Shown one piece after another: positions 9,225 through 17,669 of a DNA stretch of 26,599 nt. The stretch's first letter is position 1; every line of letters starts with the position of its first letter. The position numbers and the translations under genes were made by a program. The DNA comes from Bdellovibrionales bacterium (GTDB lineage: Bacteria; Bdellovibrionota; Bdellovibrionia; Bdellovibrionales; JAMPXM01). The DNA lies in assembly GCA_043739185.1 (NCBI GenBank), contig JAYUEN010000523.1, positions 1-26,599 on the forward strand, given 5' to 3'. Below the pieces are notes generated by a model. The model was not told where the DNA came from, did not search any database, and saw only the letters and a program-made list of their open reading frames with translations.

Positions 9225-10571
9225 TTAAAATTTTGAATGCAAGATTTTCTGAAGCAGAAGGGAACTGAATTTACCGCTCGAATATTCTTTTTCAATAATG
9301 CTCTTCTTAACTTCTTCAGAGGAGGGCTTTCGCCTTTCTCCCCATTTTATATGAGACGCCTGATCGACCAACCGACAAAAATGAATGAGCTGTGCTTCTA
9401 GGGGCACGTTTTGCCCTTCAAGCTTCTGGGTACCCTTGCCATCTACCCGCTCATAAGCCGCCATAATAATTGGTTTCATTTTTTCTGGAATTGGAATTTT
9501 TCTAGAAAGACATCGATTGAGACTAACCAAAGAGATTCGACCATAAAATTCTTGCTCCTCAGGCGTTAGCGATAATCCTTCTGCCAATTTTCTGGCAATA
9601 TTTGGTTTGAGTTCCAAAAAACCAATATCACAAAGCAGAGCGCTCAAAATGACATCTTCAGCTTTACCTATTTCATTGGTAAAACTCAATAGACCAGCAT
9701 ATGCGGCTATAGCGGGAGAACGTTCAATAGTTCCAAAATCATCAACTGCAGAAACCGTAACCACATCCCAGGTCGAATCTACAATGGCGAGATTTGTTAA
9801 CAGTTCGTTCGCAGTTTTTCGGCATTTTTCGTAAAGCTTCTTGCCCGCTTCATAGGATGAAGTAGCACTCTGGTCAGTTATGAGCAAAACCAAGTCAGCA
9901 TAACCCATACTTAGACAAATAAATTGGGCCCGACATCGAGTGGAGCGACCTTCAGGAGTATTGTCGGCGTTGATCTCGAGATATTGAGCATAAAGACCGA
10001 CATCATCACGGTGACAATAGTACTCTGGAACATCTTGCATTCGCTTTCGTTTAGGCTCAGAGAGTGTTTCGCCCGGAGAAATAACACGCAAATATTTATG
10101 ATTGAGCGGCATGAGATGAAAGACTTCGAATTCGACTCGAGAACCTGCCTTTAATTCAGCGGCTTTTACAGGAACATAAGCTCCTTTTATTGCCTGACTC
10201 GTTATGAACTCAAGCTTGCAAGTTTCGACGAACTCGTTTTCTAGAATAAGGCAATGCGCTCCAGATTTTTTAATTAAGGCCAAATCTTCTGTAGACATTT
10301 TTCGTTCAATTACAATCAATTGGTATGCGTCTGAAAACCAGAGCTTAATCATTTGAACCATACTTGAAACTTCTGCCGCATTTGCGTCAATGCCAATAAC
10401 AACCACAAATTTAACACCTATCAATTTTTCATTGGCTGCCATCAAGGCATCTAAATTGGCATAATGCCTAAGAGCATTTTTTGAAAATTGCGCCACATTT
10501 TCACAGCGAGATAATATTTCGTGGCTTTGTCCAACCACAATCCAATCGACTTTTTCTAAACTTTCAGCCAT
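9225..10571 (-). CDS. degenerate HD-GYP domain protein with a receiver-like N-terminus
   Basis: ALLCDIG (HD changed to CD), IIMAAYERVDGKGT (degenerate HHERxDGxGYP), VPLEAQLI..VD. Confidence 0.75.
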   Translation of the reverse strand: MAESLEKVDWIVVGQSHEILSRCENVAQFSKNALRHYANLDALMAANEKLIGVKFVVVIGIDANAAEVSSMVQMIKLWFSDAYQLIVIERKMSTEDLALIKKSGAHCLILENEFVETCKLEFITSQAIKGAYVPVKAAELKAGSRVEFEVFHLMPLNHKYLRVISPGETLSEPKRKRMQDVPEYYCHRDDVGLYAQYLEINADNTPEGRSTRCRAQFICLSMGYADLVLLITDQSATSSYEAGKKLYEKCRKTANELLTNLAIVDSTWDVVTVSAVDDFGTIERSPAIAAYAGLLSFTNEIGKAEDVILSALLCDIGFLELKPNIARKLAEGLSLTPEEQEFYGRISLVSLNRCLSRKIPIPEKMKPIIMAAYERVDGKGTQKLEGQNVPLEAQLIHFCRLVDQASHIKWGERRKPSSEEVKKSIIEKEYSSGKFSSLLLQKILHSKF

Positions 10572-10631
10572 TAGGAATACTTTATATTTTCGCTGCTAAA
10601 ATGGCCAAATAATTTTAAATAGCTTTGGATT

Positions 10632-10657
10632 TTCGACTAAACACTAGACTAGTCGAA
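10632..10657. promoter_or_regulatory. inverted repeat TTCGACTA-N10-TAGTCGAA between divergent genes
   Basis: Perfect 8-bp arms read directly; an operator function is inferred only. Confidence 0.35.
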
Positions 10658-10715
10658 TTTGAAATTGAAAGTTTATTGTCTTAATTCAATGATGAGTGAA
10701 ACTCCTGGAGCAAAA

Positions 10716-11129
10716 ATGAAATACCGCCTCAGAAAAACGATCTGGTTTTTGATGGTCCTGTTCTTATCATTTAGCTTCATTTCAATTCGACAAATGCAGA
10801 GCGGGGTATTTTCTGGTAAAGAAGTGTCTCCGGACCATCGCTTCTTGATCGAATATTATGAATTGAGCCAAACTGGACGTTATTCAGATAATTCAAGCAC
10901 TTTCCTTTTCAAAGTTTTTGCTCTCGAGCCAGGAAACGAATCCGAGCACACACTCTTACAGAGCACCATACGCAAAGTCTATAACGGCGCTTGGCTAAAA
11001 CTTTGGGATTGTGAAAACGAGCTAAATAATTGTAGATCATTTATTTTTTCAAGTGGAGATGGTGAGACTTCTCTTGCACTGCCACCCAATACTCTTGATT
11101 ATTTGCACAGTTTTGTGCCGTGGCTTTAA
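10716..11129 (+). CDS. hypothetical membrane-anchored or exported protein
   Basis: GGAG RBS before ATG 10716 (ORF open from 10659), N-terminal TM, SPDHRFLIEYY beta-rich segment. Confidence 0.65.
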   Translation: MKYRLRKTIWFLMVLFLSFSFISIRQMQSGVFSGKEVSPDHRFLIEYYELSQTGRYSDNSSTFLFKVFALEPGNESEHTLLQSTIRKVYNGAWLKLWDCENELNNCRSFIFSSGDGETSLALPPNTLDYLHSFVPWL

Positions 11130-11149
11130 GGTGTCACATATTTCAGAAG

Positions 11150-11179
11150 AAAAAAAACCGCAGATCATTTAATCTGCGG
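11150..11179 (-). terminator. Rho-independent terminator after the DUF3617 gene
   Basis: CCGCAGAT-N6-ATCTGCGG hairpin with A8 on the + strand (U tract on the minus strand). Confidence 0.8.
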
Positions 11180-11205
11180 CGACTCAAATTCCACACAAAT
11201 TGATT

Positions 11206-11679
11206 TTATCGAATCAATGCTTGAGCACCTGTCGCAGACGAAGTTGCCGCGCAATCTTTTGTCCATTGTCCCGTAAGTAGTAAGCTCGCCGATGTGGGTA
11301 CGATATTGTGATAAAGTCCGTGAGCATTTCCTTCAAGCTGATAGGCTTTATCGGTAAATTGTCCACGAATTCTGCCCTTAGCCGTATAAGCACTGGTTTT
11401 GCATTCTAACTCTGCTTCGAGATTATTATTTAGAACTTTCCATTGAGCGAGAACGCAGCCCAATTTTAAGAGTCCCTTAGCGATACTCGCCTTTACGTCA
11501 ATTGCTTGATCTGGCGTGATACATTCTTCGGTCAAACTAGTTGGAAAAGAAATGCCGTCGACTTTAAATTCTGTTTTGGCTTGCCAGTTTCCTGGCTGTA
11601 CAGACTGCGCAAAAGAGTCAGTTGCATTTGCTAAAACAAAAACAAAAGTTAATACAAAAAATTCAGTTTTGAATATCAT
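11206..11679 (-). CDS. DUF3617-family secreted protein
   Basis: GGAGGAG RBS before ATG 11679, signal peptide, VQPGNWQAKT..ECITP..C..C..GQWTKDC four-Cys pattern. Confidence 0.75.
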   Translation of the reverse strand: MIFKTEFFVLTFVFVLANATDSFAQSVQPGNWQAKTEFKVDGISFPTSLTEECITPDQAIDVKASIAKGLLKLGCVLAQWKVLNNNLEAELECKTSAYTAKGRIRGQFTDKAYQLEGNAHGLYHNIVPTSASLLLTGQWTKDCAATSSATGAQALIR

Positions 11680-11895
11680 GTTCTCCTCCGTATTTGAGGC
11701 CTTATACACAAAATTCATTCAAAAAAAAGTTTTTTTTCTTGAGACAGCCTATAGCTTCACTGTATGCATGACTCTCTATGTCGATGAAGACTATGAAAAA
11801 ACTTCACCGCTCTTAAGTTAAGCTTGTCATTAGGCTTTAGCCGTCAACATTTTCGGTGAGCCAAAAACTCTGTTATAGGTTATATTGAGATACAA

Positions 11896-12594
11896 ATGAA
11901 AACAGAGGCTAAGCTTCTAAAAATTCGCGCATATGAATCTAAAGATCGAGCTGATCTTCGTGAAATTTGTTTCCAAACCGGCAATATCGGAAAATCGGCT
12001 AATAGTTTTTTTCAAGATGCCGAATTGTTTTCGGATCTCTTCACGCTCTACTATACGGATTATGAAGCCGACTCGTCCTGGGTTGTAGAATATGATCAGA
12101 AAATCGTGGGCTATCTTATCTGTAGTTTTCAAAAGTATCGTTTTCTTATTCTAACAATATTTTTAATTTTACCTCAGATTCTTTTAAGAGCGCTATTTCG
12201 CGGTAGCCTTTTCAAAGGCTATATCTGGAGAATTGTATTTTCGAGTTTAATTTTTGTGACAAAGGAGTCCGCCATTCATTTTGCAAGTATGCGTAGCGCT
12301 GACTGCCATTTACACATTAATATTGATGTTCAATTTAGAGGAAAACATCTCGGTAGAGACTTGCTAAACCTACTCTTTAAGCGAATGTCAGTGCTCGGAC
12401 TAAAGGGGGTAACGGCAGGGATGAGATCTGACAATTTAAATGCTCAAAAATTCTTTTTAGCAAATGGATTTCACAAAATTAAACAAACCCCGGCATTTGT
12501 GATTCCTTTTCCTTCAAGCCAAAAATTCTGGGCCACAACATATGGCAAAGAATTGCATTCGCACCCAATCACTTCGGATAAACATCAAAAATAG
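11896..12594 (+). CDS. GNAT family N-acetyltransferase
   Basis: IRAYE start, IVGY, HLHINIDVQFRGKHLGRDL (acetyl-CoA motif A), NLNAQKFFLANGF. Confidence 0.88.
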   Translation: MKTEAKLLKIRAYESKDRADLREICFQTGNIGKSANSFFQDAELFSDLFTLYYTDYEADSSWVVEYDQKIVGYLICSFQKYRFLILTIFLILPQILLRALFRGSLFKGYIWRIVFSSLIFVTKESAIHFASMRSADCHLHINIDVQFRGKHLGRDLLNLLFKRMSVLGLKGVTAGMRSDNLNAQKFFLANGFHKIKQTPAFVIPFPSSQKFWATTYGKELHSHPITSDKHQK

Positions 12595-14266
12595 CAGGTG
12601 TTAGCCGAATGGCATCGGCACCATCACGGCCGACTTTCAATTTCTGATAGGAGAACCTCAGCACTCCCTTTGAGTTTGGGGCGTTTTCGGGGGTTTGAAT
12701 ATAGTAAACCAAAATAATATTTTCATCGCCGGCGTGAACCAAACTTAAATTGCCACTGACTTCTGAAGAGTCCACCGGCTTAACTGAGTACAGCGGTAAA
12801 TTCTCTTGATGGTAGCTATAGCAGTTTTGCCCTTTTTCATTTTTTTGAATTTGAGTGATTTTTGGATTGTAGGGAAGCGAACTACCCGGGTCAATAGGAT
12901 TTAAGTGATTAAGGAAGAGATACAGATTGTCATAGCCATTGGTTTTATTTAAAATATTATTGTAATTAAGCGCTGCGGATTGGTTCTTAAAAAATAACAT
13001 CTCAAGCCCGTCTATAATTCCGTCGCCATCTGAATCAAAATTCTTAGTATCTCCTATGTGGGGCATATTGATCATTTGGCTCGTCCACTCGAAAGTCGGC
13101 CCTTGAGGAGCCGTATTGGACATAAACTTTTCTTCGCAAGCATTTGCTAAATCATGATCTTCATCTGAAATGTCATCGCAGCCGCTGGGCAAAGATTGTC
13201 CTTGAATAAATTTTAAATAATAAGAGTCTGAAAAGTGCGGATCGAAACTATTTCGATTGGTAATGCTAAAGCGAATCCCTGCCATTTTAGTTGCATAGGG
13301 TTCAATACCCGCATCGGCCAAATGATTGTAGTGCTCTTCATCTTTATCGCAGAGTCCGTCGCCGTCTGAGTCCGCACCAACTGTGCCGTCATCACAAAGT
13401 GCCGCATTCAAATTATAAACAGCTAATTGTTTGATAAGGTAGGGCTCGCTAAAGGTTCCCGCTGAAAGTAAGTTGTCGATGTTGATATTGGGGTTTAAAT
13501 TTGTATTTTGATATTTACCAAATCCAAGCTTTGCCATATTTGACAAAATACCCTCCGCAACTGGATCCGGAGGCCCATAGTAAACAGTACTTAGGTGAAT
13601 CATTCCGAGAGCGAGATTAACTAAGTTACTATCATCTGTATTGAGCGCCGCCGTATCAATTGGTGTACCGTAATCAGTAGGATAACCATCTGATAACCAC
13701 ACCACTTCATAGTCGGCCGAAATATTTGGAAACTTTTTTTGATCGGCAATAATGGCAGACTGAACGATACTCATCGCTGCCTTATAGGGCGTATTTCCCA
13801 TGTCGGCGGTCGCTCTAAATTTTGCTAGGGCTGCATCCATCAAAGTAGGATCGCCGGTAAAAAAATTATTCGGTGTTGGGCCACCTTGATCTGGAATATA
13901 AGAAGTTGCATTCCCATTATTGAAAACTACAAATCCCCAATGAATAAAACTATTATTTCGATGCGCATTTAAATAACTTTGAACCGCATTTCCGCGTAGA
14001 GCCTTTTGGGGATCTGTGGGTGGGCCGCCTGCATTACCGCCAGCGTTTGAACCCGACATATCAAGTACAAACATTATATTCGAATAGCTACCGCTGACCA
14101 AGGGAGCTTCGGTGCAAAACTCTCCTAGTGATGCGGCAGTCACAACTTGTGCTGGGGCTCGCAATAGATTCACATTACTACAATTGAGGAAGCCCAAGCC
14201 AAGAGCTGCCCATGTGATTGCCTGTAGTATTTGCCTTTGGATCTTTACAGAAAAATTTGATTTCAA
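12569..14266 (-). CDS. VWA-domain lipoprotein with Ca-binding DxDxDG repeats (MtsD-like adhesin)
   Basis: Lipobox-like FLNC, MIDAS residues DMSGS...TPY...LSDG, repeats DSDGDGLCD and DSDGDGIIDGLE, C-terminal NCY..ENLPL..ENIILVYY. TTG start with GGGGA RBS. Confidence 0.8.
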   Translation of the reverse strand: MKSNFSVKIQRQILQAITWAALGLGFLNCSNVNLLRAPAQVVTAASLGEFCTEAPLVSGSYSNIMFVLDMSGSNAGGNAGGPPTDPQKALRGNAVQSYLNAHRNNSFIHWGFVVFNNGNATSYIPDQGGPTPNNFFTGDPTLMDAALAKFRATADMGNTPYKAAMSIVQSAIIADQKKFPNISADYEVVWLSDGYPTDYGTPIDTAALNTDDSNLVNLALGMIHLSTVYYGPPDPVAEGILSNMAKLGFGKYQNTNLNPNINIDNLLSAGTFSEPYLIKQLAVYNLNAALCDDGTVGADSDGDGLCDKDEEHYNHLADAGIEPYATKMAGIRFSITNRNSFDPHFSDSYYLKFIQGQSLPSGCDDISDEDHDLANACEEKFMSNTAPQGPTFEWTSQMINMPHIGDTKNFDSDGDGIIDGLEMLFFKNQSAALNYNNILNKTNGYDNLYLFLNHLNPIDPGSSLPYNPKITQIQKNEKGQNCYSYHQENLPLYSVKPVDSSEVSGNLSLVHAGDENIILVYYIQTPENAPNSKGVLRFSYQKLKVGRDGADAIRLTPAIFDVYPK

Positions 14267-14293
14267 AGCTTCCCCGTCTTTGAAATTATTTTA

Positions 14294-14309
14294 AGCAATT
14301 CAAGGGCCG
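14294..14309 (-). promoter_or_regulatory. sigma54 (-24/-12) promoter for the VWA lipoprotein
   Basis: Minus strand CGGCCCTTGAATTGCT is GG-N10-GC with TTGC, about 28 nt before the start. Confidence 0.6.
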
Positions 14310-14662
14310 AGTGGGCATTGATTTAAGCTGAAGAGACACTCAGAGCTAGTACAAACCTTGTTAAATTGGCCATACGTTAGAAATTATATAGGTAGGGAAA
14401 ATTTAGACAGGTGTTGAAACGTCATAAGGTACGAGGCACTTTATTCTTTTTTTGGTTGGACTAGTTTCAACTCTAGCTTTTAAATCAGTTTTAACGGCAG
14501 CTGCAGAGGTTTGCCGTTTGGCAGTTTCGGTCTCTGGGTTACGGGATGACAGATCCAGAATCTAATTCAGGATCTGCTGATGTAAACCGAATGCCAGCTG
14601 CCGGCCGGGATCAGAACCAAAGCTACAAATAACCCCAGGCATAGAAGCCGCATTTTTAAATT

Positions 14663-14677
14663 GTCTCAATTTGAGAC
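14663..14677. promoter_or_regulatory. perfect palindrome GTCTCAA-T-TTGAGAC, candidate TF/enhancer site
   Basis: Read directly in the divergent intergenic region between the VWA gene and the 14759 gene. Confidence 0.45.
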
Positions 14678-14758
14678 GCTAAAAATCAAACCACAAATTT
14701 TACCTAGATTCGCCTATCAGTTATTGACAGAGTTATTTGCTCCTATCATCATTCGATC

Positions 14759-15418
14759 ATGCTTGAAAAATTCCTTCCGCTCTTACCAATTTTTTTGATT
14801 GTGATCTTTCTTTTAATTTTTTTATGGCTTTTTCCTTTACGTCAAAAAAGCCGAAGCGCGAAAATTCTCAAACATTTTAACGGAGATTTTTCTTGGCCAT
14901 TGGGCGATTTGAAAATTGGCTATGCGGGTTTGCAATTTAGAATCTCAAGAATTTCAAGGGGCGCGGGAATTAATAATAGTGTCGGAGGATCCTTTCCATT
15001 ACTATGGGCGTATGTTGAAAAGACCGATAAATTTATTTTAGGGAATTCGAACTCAGAAAAATACACCATCGGAAAGTTTCTCATTCTTCCTCCGCATGAA
15101 AAATTGCGAATTGGCAATTTGAGTATACTTGCAGGATCGACCTCAATATCTTTACGCGAGAAAGTTCGTGAACTTTCTCGGGATCAAGGCTTTAACAAGG
15201 TCTGCTCGCTATTGTTCACTGAAGAGTTTAGCCATTTTAGCATTTCATCTGAAATTCATTTTTGCGGAATTATACCAAAGAAGAAATTCGTGCTTAAATA
15301 TATGGGCCTTCCTGAGAAGATTTATTCCTCACCAGAAGATCTTGAGAGTTACATTCAATGCCTTAAAGAGTGTTGCTCGCTCCTTGGGTTCAAGATGGCC
15401 CCAGCTACCTGTCATTAA
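14759..15418 (+). CDS. hypothetical protein with an N-terminal membrane anchor
   Basis: 219-aa ORF with a strongly hydrophobic first ~27 aa; no family recognised. Confidence 0.7.
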   Translation: MLEKFLPLLPIFLIVIFLLIFLWLFPLRQKSRSAKILKHFNGDFSWPLGDLKIGYAGLQFRISRISRGAGINNSVGGSFPLLWAYVEKTDKFILGNSNSEKYTIGKFLILPPHEKLRIGNLSILAGSTSISLREKVRELSRDQGFNKVCSLLFTEEFSHFSISSEIHFCGIIPKKKFVLKYMGLPEKIYSSPEDLESYIQCLKECCSLLGFKMAPATCH

Positions 15419-15499
15419 AATTGCAAGACACATTCGAGGTTAAGAACCTAACTGCAACTCATAGTAATCTGAGTGGGCGAAGCAAACTGGAGCTCGATT

Positions 15500-16813
15500 G
15501 TGATAAAAAGAATTGCCGTAATTTGGCTACTGTCCATTTCATCGACGGCGTTTGCTATTGAGCCGCATATCCTCCCAAATAATTTAAAAGTCGAATTAAC
15601 ACCTGGCACAGAGCTCTTTATTTTGGAACAAAAGCTTTTAAATAATTCTAGTGATATTTTTGCGAGGATTGTGACCGGCCCAAATGAAGGGAACGACGTC
15701 AGATTATCGATAAACTCTGAAGACTCAATAGGAAAGTTTTTTTCACAAACGCCATGGGACCACCTCGCCATTCCAACAATTCGTTTGGACGATGCCTTTT
15801 ATATTCATCTTTATCGCCCAACTACGGGAGTTGTTGATGCAAGTAGTTTGATTGAAAAAAATCAATACTCTGAAAGTCTCCGTCAGAGAATGGGAAAGTT
15901 TTTATTTACTAATTTGGCAAATTATTTGCCCTTAACCAATCATCAAAACACTGATTTAGCTACAGATTCTCACCTATCATGTCCGGCAATCCCACAAGAG
16001 CAGAACGGCACCCCTTGCCATACTATTGCCGCCGCGAAACTGCCGACCGAATTGATCACGCTCATTTCACACGAATCCAAACTGGGCGGTGAAGATCCTG
16101 CGCTAGTTTCTGCTATTCTTCAAAATGAATCTAATTTTGATCCCTTTATTGAAAACCTCTATGAGAAAGCTCTCTGCCATGAAGCTTCAGGTTGTGGTAC
16201 TTATCGTTGGGGCAAAGGACTTGCTCAGCTCGGAGCGACCAATGCAGCAACCTATGGTTTGGATTGGAGTTTTGAAATTCCGAAGCCAGACGCATGTAAA
16301 AAGACAACCCTCTTGCACTCGCTTTGTTTGACCGAGCTCGCAAAAATTTGCAAAGCTTACGAAAATTTGGCACTTAAGCCGATTCAGTGCCCGCAATTTG
16401 CAATACGTGCAATTGTTTTGAAGCTTCATTCCGAAATCAATCCAAGCCCAATGGGACAAATTAAAACCATTGATAAGGAAAGTCTTTTAAATGTCGATAT
16501 CGGAACTTATCTAGAACAAACACCGGCCGAAAAAGTGCGATCAAAAATATCAATTTATAACCGTGGCCCTCGCGTTATAAACTCCTATGTAGAGTACTTT
16601 GAGCAAAACAGAAGATTCCCCAAAAGTTATGGCGAAGCTTGGACAACTGTTCGCAATTCAGAAACGCCTTCGACTGAAATGGGCTATGAAATTTTATCCC
16701 ATGAATATGTCAATAGATGTTATGTTTGGGCAGTCGCTGGAATATGCGGAGAAATTCCGTCATTTTCTGTCTTGGCTCAGTTTCAAACGCAATTTGAAAT
16801 CCAGACCCACTAG
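15500..16813 (+). CDS. secreted SLT-domain lytic transglycosylase
   Basis: GGAG RBS with GTG 15500 (ORF open from 15473), signal peptide, DPALVSAILQNESNFDP (catalytic Glu), GLAQL, YNRGP motifs. Confidence 0.8.
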   Translation: MIKRIAVIWLLSISSTAFAIEPHILPNNLKVELTPGTELFILEQKLLNNSSDIFARIVTGPNEGNDVRLSINSEDSIGKFFSQTPWDHLAIPTIRLDDAFYIHLYRPTTGVVDASSLIEKNQYSESLRQRMGKFLFTNLANYLPLTNHQNTDLATDSHLSCPAIPQEQNGTPCHTIAAAKLPTELITLISHESKLGGEDPALVSAILQNESNFDPFIENLYEKALCHEASGCGTYRWGKGLAQLGATNAATYGLDWSFEIPKPDACKKTTLLHSLCLTELAKICKAYENLALKPIQCPQFAIRAIVLKLHSEINPSPMGQIKTIDKESLLNVDIGTYLEQTPAEKVRSKISIYNRGPRVINSYVEYFEQNRRFPKSYGEAWTTVRNSETPSTEMGYEILSHEYVNRCYVWAVAGICGEIPSFSVLAQFQTQFEIQTH

Positions 16814-16915
16814 CAAAGTCAAAGTCTAGCATTTAAATCCTTTACAGTCGGATGGCCCGGTTTATACGTACAGGAACGGACTGACAGATCGCTCTCGCAC
16901 GCCGCTTAGAAAAAA

Positions 16916-17356
16916 CTACTTTAAGGATCCGAAAACCACGGGCTCATTCTTGGGGCCGATCCAAATTTTAAGTTCGCCCGCTTCTTTAAAAATTCCAAAG
17001 CACATATCTTTGTTGTTCGGGTCATTGAAGCTCATACAAGCTTTAACTTTGTAATCATTTAATTTCCAGGTGCCAGTGACATAAATGGGGCGGCCTTGAG
17101 TACGGATGGTGTTTGAAGACACTTCACCAGTTTGCTTAAATGAAAGTCTGACAGCAGCACCATCCCGAGCGCGTACAATGTCGAGGGGTTTTGCGAGCAA
17201 AAACTGGGACAAGTCTTCGCCTACAATGAATAGGCGATCTGGATTCTCAACTGCCGGTGGATTTGCATCTGAAGCAACATCAGCTTTAAGAGTAGAGCTC
17301 GCAAAGATGCCTGAGATCATCAATAAACTCGCGAATACAAATTTGAGTTTCATCAT
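16916..17356 (-). CDS. hypothetical secreted protein
   Basis: AAGGAAA RBS before ATG 17356, signal peptide MMKLKFVFASLLMISGIFASSTLKA, GTWK..C..C beta-rich core. Confidence 0.7.
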   Translation of the reverse strand: MMKLKFVFASLLMISGIFASSTLKADVASDANPPAVENPDRLFIVGEDLSQFLLAKPLDIVRARDGAAVRLSFKQTGEVSSNTIRTQGRPIYVTGTWKLNDYKVKACMSFNDPNNKDMCFGIFKEAGELKIWIGPKNEPVVFGSLK

Positions 17357-17410
17357 AATATTTCCTTTTGCTGGTAGCTTGTTTAATTTTTCAAATTCTT
17401 TAAAAACAAC

Positions 17411-17426
17411 TACAAAACCTGTGCCA
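17411..17426 (-). promoter_or_regulatory. probable sigma54 promoter (variant -12)
   Basis: Minus strand TGGCACAGGTTTTGTA: perfect TGGCAC, with TTGT instead of TTGC. Confidence 0.5.
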
Positions 17427-17636
17427 AAGTATTGGCTTTCAAACTGCCTTTCAGGCAAGTAATTTCCTTCTTAAGTTTAGTAAATAAAAACATTTATAGT
17501 GTATTATTTGCAAAGCCAAACCACTGAAATGAGCTTTGGAGCGGGAACTAGGTCGGATTTTCGCCTATATCACGCACAATTTCTAAACTTTCATCTAGTT
17601 TTGCTGGATAGGCGCAAAGTTTCAAACTTCTCCCAG

Positions 17637-17663
17637 TAAAAAGCTTGGCAAAACTCCCGATAA
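17637..17663 (+). promoter_or_regulatory. sigma28 (FliA) promoter
   Basis: TAAA-N15-CCCGATAA, one mismatch from the TAAA-N15-GCCGATAA consensus, 6 nt before GTG 17670. Confidence 0.65.
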
Positions 17664-17669
17664 GTACCT

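Noticed and set aside
12569..12594. 26-nt tail-to-tail overlap of the GNAT and VWA genes
   Set aside because: Short convergent overlaps are common, and nothing suggests a functional link.
14411..14632. Possible phase-variable small gene (GTG 14411, T7 tract at 14447-14453, later MTDPESNSGSADVNRMPAAGRDQNQSYK)
   Set aside because: It needs two compensating frameshifts, a T7 tract is common at this AT content, and no homolog is recognised.
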